Origin: Dehalococcoidia bacterium
GTDB lineage: Bacteria > Chloroflexota > Dehalococcoidia > Plut-88900
Reading direction: 5' to 3'
Length of the DNA stretch: 64,000 bases
NCBI GenBank assembly: GCA_965197645.1
Contig: OZ240219.1
Coordinates: 960,001 to 1,024,000 of the forward strand
Part shown: positions 37,308 through 48,488 of the stretch, piece after piece
Numbering within the stretch: position 1 is the stretch's first letter
How the letters are laid out: each line of letters begins with the position of its first letter
The notes under the pieces: model-generated
Told to the model about the DNA's origin: nothing
What the model saw: the letters and a program-made list of their open reading frames with translations, nothing else
The model's database searches: none
Made by a program: the position numbers and the translations under genes

Positions 37308-40300
37308 CTAGCCTCGATTGCCATCGTCTGTAATGACTAGCATGTTTGCTCGCAAGGACAGCCGCCTCGCCTTCCGAAGCCGTTCGATGCCCTCGCTCAA
37401 TCCACGGTCGATTTGCTGTCCTGTCCGCCGCCAGCCGAATTGACGGGCCGTCTCGCGAATGAGGTCACCTTGCTCTATGCCAAACGACGCTTTGGCGACG
37501 ATCAGCAAGCCCTCATCGATCTCGGATGATGCCACGCGGTCAATCGGGCGTTTGGCGTCACGCCTTGGCCGAAGCTGCTCAACACTTTGGGCCTGAACCA
37601 GGAAATGTCCAGTCTTGTCGCGCGGCTGATTGAGGAGGCGTTCAATCGCTTGCTCGACCCGCTCACGGATTCGTTTCCCTGCTTTAGCGGCTCCATACGT
37701 GGTGCGCACCCGATCAATGATTGTGTCTATGTGAACGGGTTGCTCAACGGAAATGACGGCCCGCACCAAGGCTGATAGTTCACTCAACGGGACATAGAGC
37801 AGGTCGCCTGTACGAGCCTGCTCTTCGAATTGGCGGTACTCATCGAAGAGCAGGGCCGGGGTCGGCGATGCTGGCGGGCCGTCTGGTTCTGTTGATGCAG
37901 AGGCGATGGGAGGCAACTTATCGAAACCGGGATTGGCGGGTGCAGGTGGAGGCTCCGACCGATGAGAGCGCGCCCGTTGGAGCGCCTGTTCAATGGCGAC
38001 AATCTCCGTCTCAGGATCTCGGACCCACGCTGTCGACCACACGCGGTGAATGCGCCAACCGAGCCCTTCTAGCACTTGCTGGCGCAACCAATCACGGTCG
38101 CGCGCAGTAGTCGAACTGTGGTATGTAGCCCCATCGCACTCAATGCCGAGATCGTATCGCTCGCCGTCCTCAGACCCGATTGCGAGGTCTATACGGTAAC
38201 CCGAGATGCCGACTTGCGCGTCAACCCTGTGCCCGCGTTGCCTTAGTGCGGCAAACACCGCCTCCTCGAACGGGCTCTCCGGCTCACCTACTCCGGTGAC
38301 CTCAGACTCGAAGGCACGCTCGGGGTTGCGCACGTATTCGAGATAGCGGCGTAGCTGGCGGGCGCCAGGCTGCTGCGACCTGATGTCCTCAGCGCGCAGC
38401 GAGTGTACAACCGTCATTGACCTGCGCGCCCGGGTCACCGCAACATTGAGCCTCCGTTCGCCTCCATCTCTGTTGATTGGACCGAAGTGGTTAGGCACGG
38501 CGCCTGCCGGGGTCGGCCCATAACAGATGGAAAGTACCATGTGATCCCGTTCGTCACCCTGGACGTTCTCCAGGTTCTTGACGAAGAAGCGCTCAGCCCC
38601 TTCTTCGCTGAACCGTTGGTCCAAATGACGATAGAGCAAACGACGCTCCTCGATGAGGGCCTCTATCAGGTCTGCCTGGGGGCGCGACAGCGCGACAACG
38701 CCAATGCTTTCGTCGGCAGGGTGGGTTTCCATGAGTTCGAACACGATGTCGGTGACACGCTCGGCCTCTTCCCGGTTGGTTTTTGTGCGGCCCATGTCGT
38801 AGGTCGCGTTCGGAAGGTACACGTCGCGGACCGCGACGTCCGCCGGGTCGGGGCCGGGAAAGGTAAGCAACCGGTTTTCGTAGAAGGCGTGGTTGGAGAA
38901 TCGGATGAGGCTCTCCGAGCGGCTTCTATAGTGTACGGAGAGGTATCGCTCGGCGAAGCCGGCCCCAACTTGCCCAACCATGACGTCGAGAATGCTCTCG
39001 CGGCCTCTGAAGCTGTCGTCATTATCGTCATCGTCATCCCAGTCATCGTCACTGTCGAGACCGGTCCTGAAGAACGTGGTAGGTGGGAGCTGCAATCGAT
39101 CACCGACGACGATCGCTTGACCCGCCCGGTCGATGGCGGGGAGCGCGTCCTCAGGCAATACCTGGGAGGCCTCATCGAAAATCACAACGTTGAACTCTAG
39201 ATGATCGCTCGCCAGTGGACCTGCTGGCAGATACTGGCTGACAGCGATCGGACTCATCAGGAAACACGGCTTCAGCGTTTGTAACAAATTTGGGATGCGT
39301 GCGATGAGCTTCCGTACGGGCATCTGCCTGCGCCGCTTCGAGAGCTCGCCGTAGAGAATGCCCAGTTGACCTGCTTGTAGAAGAGTGGAGTATGGGTCCG
39401 GATACTTTGCAAAGACACGTTCTCGCACGCGCTGGCGCGCAGCAAAGGGGAAACGCTCATCGAGTTCCCGGAACTGGGCGCCCACACCCTCGTGGTCAAT
39501 CCTGCTGAACCCGCGTAATTCCGTCTCGGCTTCGTAGAGCTCCTCCAGCCATGCAATGTAGATTCGACGGAGGACAATCCCGGGTACATCCTCCGCCTGA
39601 TCGGTCGCGGCGCGGAGTGCTCCGGCTGATCCAGGGCCGAGCCGCTCGTCGAGTTCTCGCACTGCATCGCGGTATTCGACCCACCCGGACGCGTCGCTCG
39701 CGTGTTCGTGGAGGTCTGTCCTCCATGCCTCCAGGTCGGCTAAGGGTGGCGCTTGCCAGGAGTCCCAACTCGTAGTCGCGACATTGAACCGCTCATCAAG
39801 GACACTGAGTCTCTGCGAGTATGCGGCGTTCTCCGTGCTAAGGGACTCCGCACGTTCTTCGTACTCCGCGCTTGTTCGCGGGTCGACAGCATGACCCGCT
39901 AGCATGTCGCCGACCGGAACGTCTGCCTCGTCGAGGAAGTTAGCAGTCCAGTCGAGGGCATACGAGACGGCATCCCAATCGGTTGCCTCGCGCTCGAAGA
40001 AGGCGCCAAAGTCCTCGACAAGCGCAGGCGCGAGCCGTTCATCCTCTTCCGTCACGGCCATGAGCCGAAGGCCGTCCTCAATGAGTTGAGTCAGCGCATC
40101 GAAGTCAGCGGGCGGTGTGACGAGGATGCGGTATATCTCTGCCGTGGCGTCCCGTATACGGCGTAATGGCACAATCGCACGCCGTGCGGCATCACCTGCT
40201 CTGGCGACTTCCAGATTCGACGCCACCAGAGGCTCATGGTCGAGTGCACTCGCCGCGCGCTTGTACCGCATCAGCGCATCCTCTAATGGCTGGCTCGCGG

Positions 40301-41336
40301 ACTCAAGCACGAGACGGCGGTCGCCAATAACCTCCTCGGCAAGTAACTCCCGCAGGACAGCGTCATCGCTGCGCCATTCACCGAGGATGCCCCTCAGCGC
40401 CATGAGGTCAGAGAGCACACGCTCCCACTCGGTTTCCAGGCCGCCGAAGCGTGTACCCAGTAACTCTCGCAGTCGTGGCTCCATCTCATGCCATCGCTCG
40501 CGCCTCCGCTTCACGCCCATAGCCAACTCGACGACAGCGAGGGATTCATCAAGTGAGAGCTTGCGGGGCGATTTGAGCTGTCCACGGACTGTGCGTTGGT
40601 CGCGTCGATATGTTCTTCGGATATGGCGCAGGAAGCTCTGGTGGTCGGTTCGGTAGCGAATGAGCATCTCCTCGTCCACTCGCTCTACAAGCCCGTCGGA
40701 GAAGTCCTCACCAAGCCTGTCTTCGTCGTCGTCGAGGTGTCCAAGCAATGCTCGTGCATCCTCCGAATCGCGCTCCAACTCCTCAGTCGCCGGGACCGTG
40801 AGCCATTGCGCCGGAATCGGTTCGAGGTCTAGGATGCTAGCTGTCAACGCCGATGCCTGATCGAGTTGGCCCAGTGTGCGAAGCTGCGAGTCCGCGAGAG
40901 CGGCACCGATGGCTTCCGCGCTCGCCTTCAACAGATCGAGCGCCGCTTCGAGTTCATTGGCCTTCGCCAAGAACTCGCTGGGATTCTTGCCCAGCGCGGT
41001 TCGCCAGCCCATTCCGGCCAACTCTTCTATCGCTTCTCGTTCGTCTGGCGAGAGCACCAGCGCGCTGGCGATAGCTCGATAGTCGATTGTTGGGGGCGAA
41101 GCTCCCAACCAACCGTCCAGTGTCTGCTCTAGGCGACGTCGCTCGCGCTGCTGCTTTGCTTGATCTCGCGCCAACTGACGCAACCTCGCTACAGCGTCGT
41201 AGTTGAGCCACATGCGAGGAACAGCCGGCGCTAGGCTGAGCGCGGCGCCCTGTAGTCCGACCGCCAGTACGGTGGACGGAGGACAGGCTTCCTCGGGTTC
41301 AAGACGGATGGGCTGGTCGGTGCTCCCGGCGCTCAA
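37308..41336 (-). pseudogene. N-terminally truncated SF1 helicase-Vsr-like nuclease-DUF3320 protein (DUF4011/Hhe-like family)
   Basis: KPCFLMSP, IFDEASQV, VGD..QLPPT, HYRS, VQGDERD, RLNVAVTRAR, ESPFE...YRIDL...IECDGATYHS...RDRD, DUF3320 tail. No Walker A or DUF4011 in the ORF. Confidence 0.75.
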
Positions 41337-41714
41337 CGTTCAGCCATTCTCCAGACACCTCCCTGGAAGCGAAGGTTTCCGGGGATGCTTGCCGGCAATT
41401 GCCCTGGAGGGCAAGGCCTTTTCGAACCTTACTGATTCGGGCTGGATGCGTCAATAGTCGGCCGGGGTCATCAACCACATCTCGAAAACGGTTCTGTCTG
41501 CATTGAGTATAGTCCCATCATTTTAGGTGGTAGCCAATGCCGTAGCATCAGACCTGATAATCGCAATAGCTCGGCTAGACGAGGTCAGAGTCTTCACCCA
41601 TCTCTTCTACAAGCTCCAGCCTCTACGATCCCAGGAGGGGATACGGGCTGATATACTGAGCCCGGAGCAGGAGACAGAGGGGTTGTCGACGGGGATTATG
41701 TGGGGTGTTCAGGA

Positions 41715-43166
41715 ATGAGCGAAGAAATCAAAGCTCAAATCGATCCACGAGATTCCTTAGTACTGAAGTTGCCCGAACTGGATGTTTCTTCGGAGGAACC
41801 TTGGGGTGATGATGTGCTGGACCGGCAACAGATTGCTGGCAGGCTAACAAATCTCGTTCGGGATCAGTCAACTCCTTTGACATCAAGCATCCACGGTCAC
41901 TGGGGGACCGGCAAGACGTTTATGCTCAAGCGTTGGCAGAAAGACTTGGAGGGGCAGGGATTCAAAGCCATCTACTTCAACGCGTGGGAAGACGATTTCT
42001 GCGATGACCCGTTCTTAGCTATGATTGGCCAGCTGGCTGAACACTTCAAGGGCGACAGGTTTAAGGAATTGACTCGCAAGGCAGTTGAAACTGCAATTCC
42101 GTTGATCAGAGAGAATCTCTTAGGCGTTCTGAGGGCTACGACGGGAGTGACGGTTAGACTAGACGACCAGCAGCAGGGAAACAAGACCCCGCTGGACGCG
42201 TATCTCGAACAGAGGGCTACGAAGGATAGCTTCAAGAACCAACTTGGACAACTGGCCGCGGAGGTGGCCCGTGAAACCGGTCATCCATTGGTGTTCATCG
42301 TTGACGAGCTAGACAGGTGCCGACCTACGTTCGCCATTGAACTACTTGAGAGGGTCAAGCACTTATTCGACGTTCCTAATTTGGTGTTCGTCTTTGGAAT
42401 AAATCGAGACGAGCTTTGCAAATCGCTTCAATCAATCTACGGAGAGATCGACGCCGGTGTGTACCTTCGCCGCTTCTTCGATATGGAGTTTACACTACCG
42501 GAGGTAGATTCAGTAACCTTCGGTAACCATTTGGTGCAGAAGTATGGGCTAGATGAATTCTTTGGTGCGCTAAGCAAGAATACCACTCCATGGTTACCCA
42601 CCAACGAAATCTGGGTGTTGGCCCAATATTTCCCTGCCCTCTGGGGCCGTTTGGGTTTATCCCTGCGAGATATCGATTACTGTGTGAGGTCAATCGCTCT
42701 GGTTAGTAGGAACTTGGACCAACGCTATCACATGCATCCTTGGCTGCTCGGCCTGCTTATAACCCTGAAGCTCAAGAACCCAACGCTATACAAGCAGTTC
42801 ATCCAGGGCAACTGTCTTGTAAGCGAAGTCATAAATTACATTGACAGAACAGCCGCGATTAAGGAAATAGATCGTACGTCGGCACACGCACTGCTTGCAA
42901 TCGAAGCGTACCTATATCGAACAGAGGCCGGATTTGATGGTTTCGCATCCAAGGTACCAACTGCGTTGGGTCAGTTGCAGCTTCTCACAGATGGGAAGAC
43001 GTTGACACATCCGGGGTATCTATCGGAAAAGACCCAAAAAGAGGGTCTCCTAAGAGCAGGTCAATTGGTTCAAATGATTAAATCTTGGGCAAGCTTGGAT
43101 TTTATCGACGTCGTTGGCAATCTGGCGGCTCTAATTGACCTGCATCAGAATATGGTGAGAGATTAG
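41715..43166 (+). CDS. KAP family P-loop NTPase
   Basis: GHWGTGKT Walker A, YFNAWEDD, FIVDELDRCRP Walker B, LERVKHLF, YLRRFFD. Lower GC. Confidence 0.93.
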   Translation: MSEEIKAQIDPRDSLVLKLPELDVSSEEPWGDDVLDRQQIAGRLTNLVRDQSTPLTSSIHGHWGTGKTFMLKRWQKDLEGQGFKAIYFNAWEDDFCDDPFLAMIGQLAEHFKGDRFKELTRKAVETAIPLIRENLLGVLRATTGVTVRLDDQQQGNKTPLDAYLEQRATKDSFKNQLGQLAAEVARETGHPLVFIVDELDRCRPTFAIELLERVKHLFDVPNLVFVFGINRDELCKSLQSIYGEIDAGVYLRRFFDMEFTLPEVDSVTFGNHLVQKYGLDEFFGALSKNTTPWLPTNEIWVLAQYFPALWGRLGLSLRDIDYCVRSIALVSRNLDQRYHMHPWLLGLLITLKLKNPTLYKQFIQGNCLVSEVINYIDRTAAIKEIDRTSAHALLAIEAYLYRTEAGFDGFASKVPTALGQLQLLTDGKTLTHPGYLSEKTQKEGLLRAGQLVQMIKSWASLDFIDVVGNLAALIDLHQNMVRD

Positions 43167-43521
43167 GTTATGGCCCTCCGGTGTCCCCTGGCTGGGCAGG
43201 CTGTTCGACGTGATCCCGGGTACAGTGGACACCGGTCGATTCCTCCGCACCCTCTGATATACTGCTCGACATGATCCACTCCATGCAGAGGTCATTGAGG
43301 ATCATCCGAACGGCGCCTGGGCCCTGGTACGTTCGTCTGTGGCAGGTGTTCCAGAACCTGGCGATTAAGGTTCGTTGAGCCAGCCGCTGCTGCGGGCCTC
43401 CCGGGCGGCCGGGATGCTGAGCAGAGTCTCCTGAAGCTCCCAGCGGGAGCCATCCACATCACGGGCACTAGTCCCGAGGCGTATGGTCTTTGGCGCCGAA
43501 GCGCGAGTTGGAGCGAACGCG

Positions 43522-43987
43522 ATGGATGACAAAACACCCAAAAGCCCAACTGAGACCGCCGAGAACGTTGGCGAAGAGGTGGTCCTTCTCTCAGGGGGCA
43601 ACCCTCAGATAGCCAAGGCCAACGGTTATGTTCCCGTGCAGGCCTACATATCGGCGATGCCGGGATGGAAAAGCGATGTTGGGAGACGCCTCGACGACTT
43701 GATCGTGCGGACGGTGCCCAATGTGCGCAAGTCAGTGAGGTGGAACTCTCCCTGGTACGGCGTCGAGGGCCAAGGGTGGTTCCTGAGCTACCACGTCTTC
43801 AGCCGCTACGTGAAGGTGACTTTCCTCAATGGGGCATCGCTGGAACCCGTCCCCATCCGGCTCAGGCAAGGACCCGGACTCGCGCTGGGTCGACATCTAC
43901 GAAGGGGAGCTCGAGGAGGAACAGATGGCGACATGGGTCGGGCAGTCGGCCGCCCTGCCCCGCTGGCACGGTATTGACACACTGTGA
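43522..43987 (+). pseudogene. DUF1801 (YdhG-like) gene with a frameshift near 43855
   Basis: LLSGGNPQIAK...VRWNSPWYG...GASLEPVP, continuing in another frame as PSGSGKDPDSRWVDIYEGELEEEQMATWV.QSAALP.W. Confidence 0.8.
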
Positions 43988-44036
43988 AGCTCAATGATAA
44001 TAGTTCGAAACGTTATCAAACAGGATCGGGAGACTC

Positions 44037-44897
44037 ATGACTCTCCGCTTAGCGCCGCTCGATGAAAACTTCGCCTTCGAGGTGTCGGGAGTAGAGACTT
44101 GGTCAGGACTCGACGATGAGCAAGTGCGGTCGTTCGATGACGCCTGGGCCAATCAAGGGGTGCTGGTGTTCCGCCGGCAGGCGCTCACGGAGCAAGAGCT
44201 GGTGACTTTCAGCGGGCGTTTCGGCACGCCCGACGTCATCGTTCGTACCGATTGGGCCTCCCAGGACCACCCGGAAATCACGCAAATCTCTAATATGCGG
44301 AACGCCGACGGAGCTAATATCGGAGGGCTCGGGTCGGGCGAGCTGGATTGGCACACCGATCAGTCATACATGGCAGCGCCGGCGACGGGCGCCATCCTCT
44401 ATGGTGTCGAGGTGCCGGAGGACGGACCGCAGACCTACTGGGCCAACCTGCACCTCGCTTACGAAGCGCTGCCGCAAGAGACCAAGGTGAGGCTCGACGG
44501 ACGGCGTGCTATCTTCAGCTACGCCCAACGGTACAAGGACTACGAAGACGAGAATGTGCCCAGCGAAGAGATCTTGGCGCAGACGCCCGACGTGACCCAC
44601 GCACTGGTGCAGACCCATCCGACATCCGGCGCCAAGAGCCTTTACCTGGACCCGTCGACCATGATCGGGATTGAAGGCATGGACGAGGCGGAAGGCCGGG
44701 CGTTACTCGGCGAACTGACCGAACACGCCACCCAACCCGAGTTCGTCTATCGTCATCACTGGCAGCCGGGCGATCTGATCATGTGGGACAACGGCTTCCT
44801 GCTGCATCGCCGGGACGCCTTCCGCACCGATCAGAACCGCCTGCTCAAGCGCACCACCCTCCGGCTTTCATCCGAGCGACACATCGTCCCAAGCTAA
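44037..44897 (+). CDS. TauD/TfdA family Fe(II)/2-oxoglutarate dioxygenase
   Basis: WHTD.S, H.LV.THP, H.WQPGDL.MWDN...LHR, R. Confidence 0.93.
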   Translation: MTLRLAPLDENFAFEVSGVETWSGLDDEQVRSFDDAWANQGVLVFRRQALTEQELVTFSGRFGTPDVIVRTDWASQDHPEITQISNMRNADGANIGGLGSGELDWHTDQSYMAAPATGAILYGVEVPEDGPQTYWANLHLAYEALPQETKVRLDGRRAIFSYAQRYKDYEDENVPSEEILAQTPDVTHALVQTHPTSGAKSLYLDPSTMIGIEGMDEAEGRALLGELTEHATQPEFVYRHHWQPGDLIMWDNGFLLHRRDAFRTDQNRLLKRTTLRLSSERHIVPS

Positions 44898-44949
44898 CAG
44901 ATGATTCCCTGCTACCTACGAGAACACGTGCTGAAAGCAAAGCCGCCCG

Positions 44950-47900
44950 TCATAGCAACAGCTCCCCGACCGCCTCCTCCACGGTTTTGCCCTCCTTTGA
45001 CTCCCGCAGCCATTTCCGTATCTCCCGCCGGGCGACGGTAACCGACACGTCATCCCGGGCCTGGCGCAGCAGGGCCAGCTGCTTGGCCGCGCCCTGGGAG
45101 GCCGCTTCTCCTGCCTGGGATATCCGGACATGGAGAGCGTTGCCCGAGTCAAACTCCGGGATGGGAAGCTTCCACAAGTGCTTGTGCAGGTGCCGCTCGC
45201 CAAACTGGCCCTTGGGCATTAGCGAACGCACCGCGCCATAGAGAATCTCGCTGTTGATTATTGCTAGTAAATAGTTGGCTTCGTTGGCATCCCTGCAAGC
45301 AACCCAGAACAGGAGGTTTTCAACCAGATCAGCACCATTTGACAGGATGGCGGCAGTTGGCTGGCCGGAGCTCGTATATGCCAACCTAACTGGGCGATCA
45401 TTAGAGTTTACCTGCCATTCCAATTGCGACGACAGCTTCCCGTAAAAGTCCAACTGTCCCAGCAGGTCCAGTTTGTTGGCCGCCGCCTTGTGCTCCTCCC
45501 ACAGGCGACTAACAATTCGCCAGCGGTCACGCATTCGCTGTCCCAATGCCCCTAGTTTGAGGCCTCCCACCCCCTCGGTATCGGCGGGTAGGCGGGCATC
45601 GCCGCGCTTGAAAGGCAGGACCGCTTTCAACGGGTCCAGGGTCGCGTAGGGGACGACGGTCTCGCCCAAGTGGACGTCGTGGACGTGCTGGGTGCCGATA
45701 GTCTGTGTGGTGATGGAGGTTAGGTCCAGACTATTCCACGGTTTCTTGTCATGAACCCCTCGGCGCGGGTTCATGGTAACGGTCTGACCGGCCTGAACGA
45801 TGGCGGAACTCTCCGTCTCATTTACGAAAAACAACACCCTTGGGAATATCGTGGCCCCGTTCCGGGATAGCGCCCCGTAGGGTGAGCCACCGCCAACCGA
45901 CGTATCGATGATAGGAGCGAGCTCCCGGCGCACGTCGTCCGAGCCCGTCTCCCCCAGCCACCGTTCTACCTTGCCTTTCAGGGGAGTCGCCTTACCGACC
46001 AGGCCCTGGTACTCGGCAAAAACCACCGACGCCGGGACGGGGAAGAAGTTGTTGGGATCCAGCTTCTCCAGGTCCCACGCCGTCTTGTAGCGGAAGTCCA
46101 CCGTCAGCGTTCGGAGTCTTGAAGACCATGTGCCGGTGCGCCACTTGGAATGTTGACCCGTCTGAAGGGCGCTGTGGGGCATCACCATGCCTATCGCTCC
46201 GCCGTCCTTCAGGTACAGATCGACGCTTCGGGCAAAGAACAGCCCGGCCACGTCCTGATGGGTAGCGTACTTGCCTCCGTTCCATATGTCATAGGTGCCC
46301 TTACTCAACCTCTCCAACTGGGTGCGCAGCGTACTGACGGTCTGGTTGTAGTTGATCCACGGCGGGTTGCCGATAATCACGTCCACCTTGCTTAGAGAGA
46401 GGGCCACGGGGCGCACGAGGTTGCGGGTGTAGTAGGCCCAGATGTGGTTGCGGCCCTGAGCATGCAACCGCTGTATGGCGTCGATGGTCTCCCGCAGGGT
46501 TTGCCGCTCTCCGGGTTCGGTGATCTGGTGGTCGTCTAGGGCCAGGTGGGGGTCGGCGCCCCTCTCGATGGCCTCGGCCACGTCGCTCATCAGCGCGTCG
46601 AAATCCTCGGTCCGATTCACCAGGCTCACGGGAAAGACCAGCTCCGTGTTCTCCTCGTCTTCGACCTCTACGGTGACGTTGTGCTCGGCGAACAGGTCGC
46701 CGGTGCGGAACCGGAGCTGGAGGGCGTCTCCCAGGTAGACGGGAACGGTGATGTTGCCAGCGAAGCCGTCCTCGACGGCTGCCTGTATAGCGGGCTGGGC
46801 CGCCAGCACCCAGGCGGCGCGGGCGAGGTGCACCGCCACCGGGTGAACGTCGATGCCGGAAACGGAGATGCGAAGCCACTCCAACACTTGTGTAGGGTTA
46901 AGGTCGATTTCCTTGGCGGCCTCGATGAGGTGGGTGACCGCCTCAGCCAGGAAGGTCCCCGAGCCGCAGGCCGGGTCCAGGACGGACTGGCCCACCGGGG
47001 CTGTCACCACCTCCCGCACGATGGCACGCGCCAGCCAGTCCGGTGTGTTGTACTCTCCCAGCTGGCGCCGTTCGTCGGGCGGTATCACCGTCTCGTAGAG
47101 GATGGAGGCAACGTCGGTGGAGGCCTTCTGCCAGTCGAACCTGGCTACGCGCCTGGCGACCGTTTTCATGAGCGGCAGACCTCCTTCGACCTCGGTGGGC
47201 CAGGCAAAGAAGTCCGACTCAACGACCCCTTGAAGGCCGGTCTTGCTTTGGAAGTAGCGCCCGCGGAGCAAGTCAGCGGGATCGGTTTCCGCCAGGCCCT
47301 TGATGTCGCCCCCGAAGGAGGCCTGCACCACCATGCCTATGACGGCGGTCAGGTAGGTGTGCCGGACGAACAGGTCGTCCAGTTCGGGGCTGGACCTAGC
47401 GATCTCGCCCAGAGCGGCCTTGAGCAGGTTCTCCCACAGCTGTCTCTTGACCTTGACGGTGCCGGAGCTTGCGTACTGGTCGTAGATGGCACTGAGGGCT
47501 GTTATGTCCCGCTCATAGGACGGGGCCGTAGAGCCGAAGTTCTGTTCGATAGCGGAGCGGGATGGCTGTTTGGCCGGCTCTGCGGAGAGGGCATGGTCGC
47601 GGAGCCACTCGAAGAGGGTGATCCAACGGTCCGCATCCTCCAGCGTGAAGGCGTAGGGAGGGGTCGTCCTGATTGCACCGGCATTGGGCCAGCGCAGGAG
47701 CCAGTGCCTGCCGTCGGTGAGTATGCCCATGCGCACCCGGCCCTGCTTCTCCGACTGCTCCAGGTAGTCGTCGAGCTGCCGGACGTAGTTTGGGTTGGGG
47801 TTGAAGCCTCCCGCAGTGCCGATCCTGCGCTTGAACTCTATGAACGTGTCGAGGGCGGTGAGATCCACGGCGCTGCGCGAACCCTCGGCGGGCGGATTCT

Positions 47901-48135
47901 CCTGACGGATATCATCGCTGCTTGCCAGCCCGGTAGCAATGAGGAAATCACGCACCGCGCTGGCAATGTCTGCCTCCCGCACGCCATTGTCGTACCGCCG
48001 TAGAATGTTGGCAGCAGCCTGAGCGTACCGGGGGTTGTTGTAGTCTATCTGAGTGGACACTTCGGCTCTCTGGTTAGTTTGGGTATTTCCGAGACGGGGG
48101 AGGCCATCATATAGCGCCAGATTATCGAAGTCCAT
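44950..48135 (-). CDS. type IIG/IIL-like fused restriction endonuclease-N6-adenine methyltransferase
   Basis: N-terminal D...IEFK nuclease motif and GILTDG..W, GEYNTPDWLA, LDPACGSGTF, GNPPW, C-terminal TRD. Confidence 0.88.
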   Translation of the reverse strand: MDFDNLALYDGLPRLGNTQTNQRAEVSTQIDYNNPRYAQAAANILRRYDNGVREADIASAVRDFLIATGLASSDDIRQENPPAEGSRSAVDLTALDTFIEFKRRIGTAGGFNPNPNYVRQLDDYLEQSEKQGRVRMGILTDGRHWLLRWPNAGAIRTTPPYAFTLEDADRWITLFEWLRDHALSAEPAKQPSRSAIEQNFGSTAPSYERDITALSAIYDQYASSGTVKVKRQLWENLLKAALGEIARSSPELDDLFVRHTYLTAVIGMVVQASFGGDIKGLAETDPADLLRGRYFQSKTGLQGVVESDFFAWPTEVEGGLPLMKTVARRVARFDWQKASTDVASILYETVIPPDERRQLGEYNTPDWLARAIVREVVTAPVGQSVLDPACGSGTFLAEAVTHLIEAAKEIDLNPTQVLEWLRISVSGIDVHPVAVHLARAAWVLAAQPAIQAAVEDGFAGNITVPVYLGDALQLRFRTGDLFAEHNVTVEVEDEENTELVFPVSLVNRTEDFDALMSDVAEAIERGADPHLALDDHQITEPGERQTLRETIDAIQRLHAQGRNHIWAYYTRNLVRPVALSLSKVDVIIGNPPWINYNQTVSTLRTQLERLSKGTYDIWNGGKYATHQDVAGLFFARSVDLYLKDGGAIGMVMPHSALQTGQHSKWRTGTWSSRLRTLTVDFRYKTAWDLEKLDPNNFFPVPASVVFAEYQGLVGKATPLKGKVERWLGETGSDDVRRELAPIIDTSVGGGSPYGALSRNGATIFPRVLFFVNETESSAIVQAGQTVTMNPRRGVHDKKPWNSLDLTSITTQTIGTQHVHDVHLGETVVPYATLDPLKAVLPFKRGDARLPADTEGVGGLKLGALGQRMRDRWRIVSRLWEEHKAAANKLDLLGQLDFYGKLSSQLEWQVNSNDRPVRLAYTSSGQPTAAILSNGADLVENLLFWVACRDANEANYLLAIINSEILYGAVRSLMPKGQFGERHLHKHLWKLPIPEFDSGNALHVRISQAGEAASQGAAKQLALLRQARDDVSVTVARREIRKWLRESKEGKTVEEAVGELLL

Positions 48136-48488
48136 TGATTGACAATAACTACCCTACGCTTTAGCCTAAGAAACCTGGATCACAGGGGGAGGAGTGGTAG
48201 AGCGCAGGACCATCTCGGCGCATTCCCACGCAGGTCGTCCGGATAACCTGCACTATAGGTTTCCGCCGGCATATTGCGACAGGAGGCCCAGGGTCGAGAA
48301 GATAGACTCCACCGACCGGTCCATCATCGACAGTCAGCCGGCTGGGCCCGTCTAGACGTTGAACAGAGCCGTTCCGATACTATCGGGACGGCTCTCGCAG
48401 TTTTGCGCCGAAATCGTGGCTTACCGCAAGTACGATGATCCTTCTTAGTTGAACGTGACCTGCTCCTGACCGATAACGGGAAAGAGAA

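Larger units (their letters stand above)
34036..48200. mobile_element. decayed genomic island downstream of tRNA-Val(TAC) (right boundary approximate)
   Basis: Abrupt switch to accessory and defence genes, pseudogenes, long non-coding stretches and variable GC. No integrase or attR seen. Confidence 0.55.

Noticed and set aside
43290-43500. Minus-strand fragment with an IRLGTS (LLM-like) string
   Set aside because: Too short and without further motifs; cannot be supported beyond a possible decayed remnant
48185-48245. GTGGTAGAGCGC tRNA D-arm-like string as a possible attR
   Set aside because: No T-arm or acceptor stem, and it does not match the tRNA-Val 3' end
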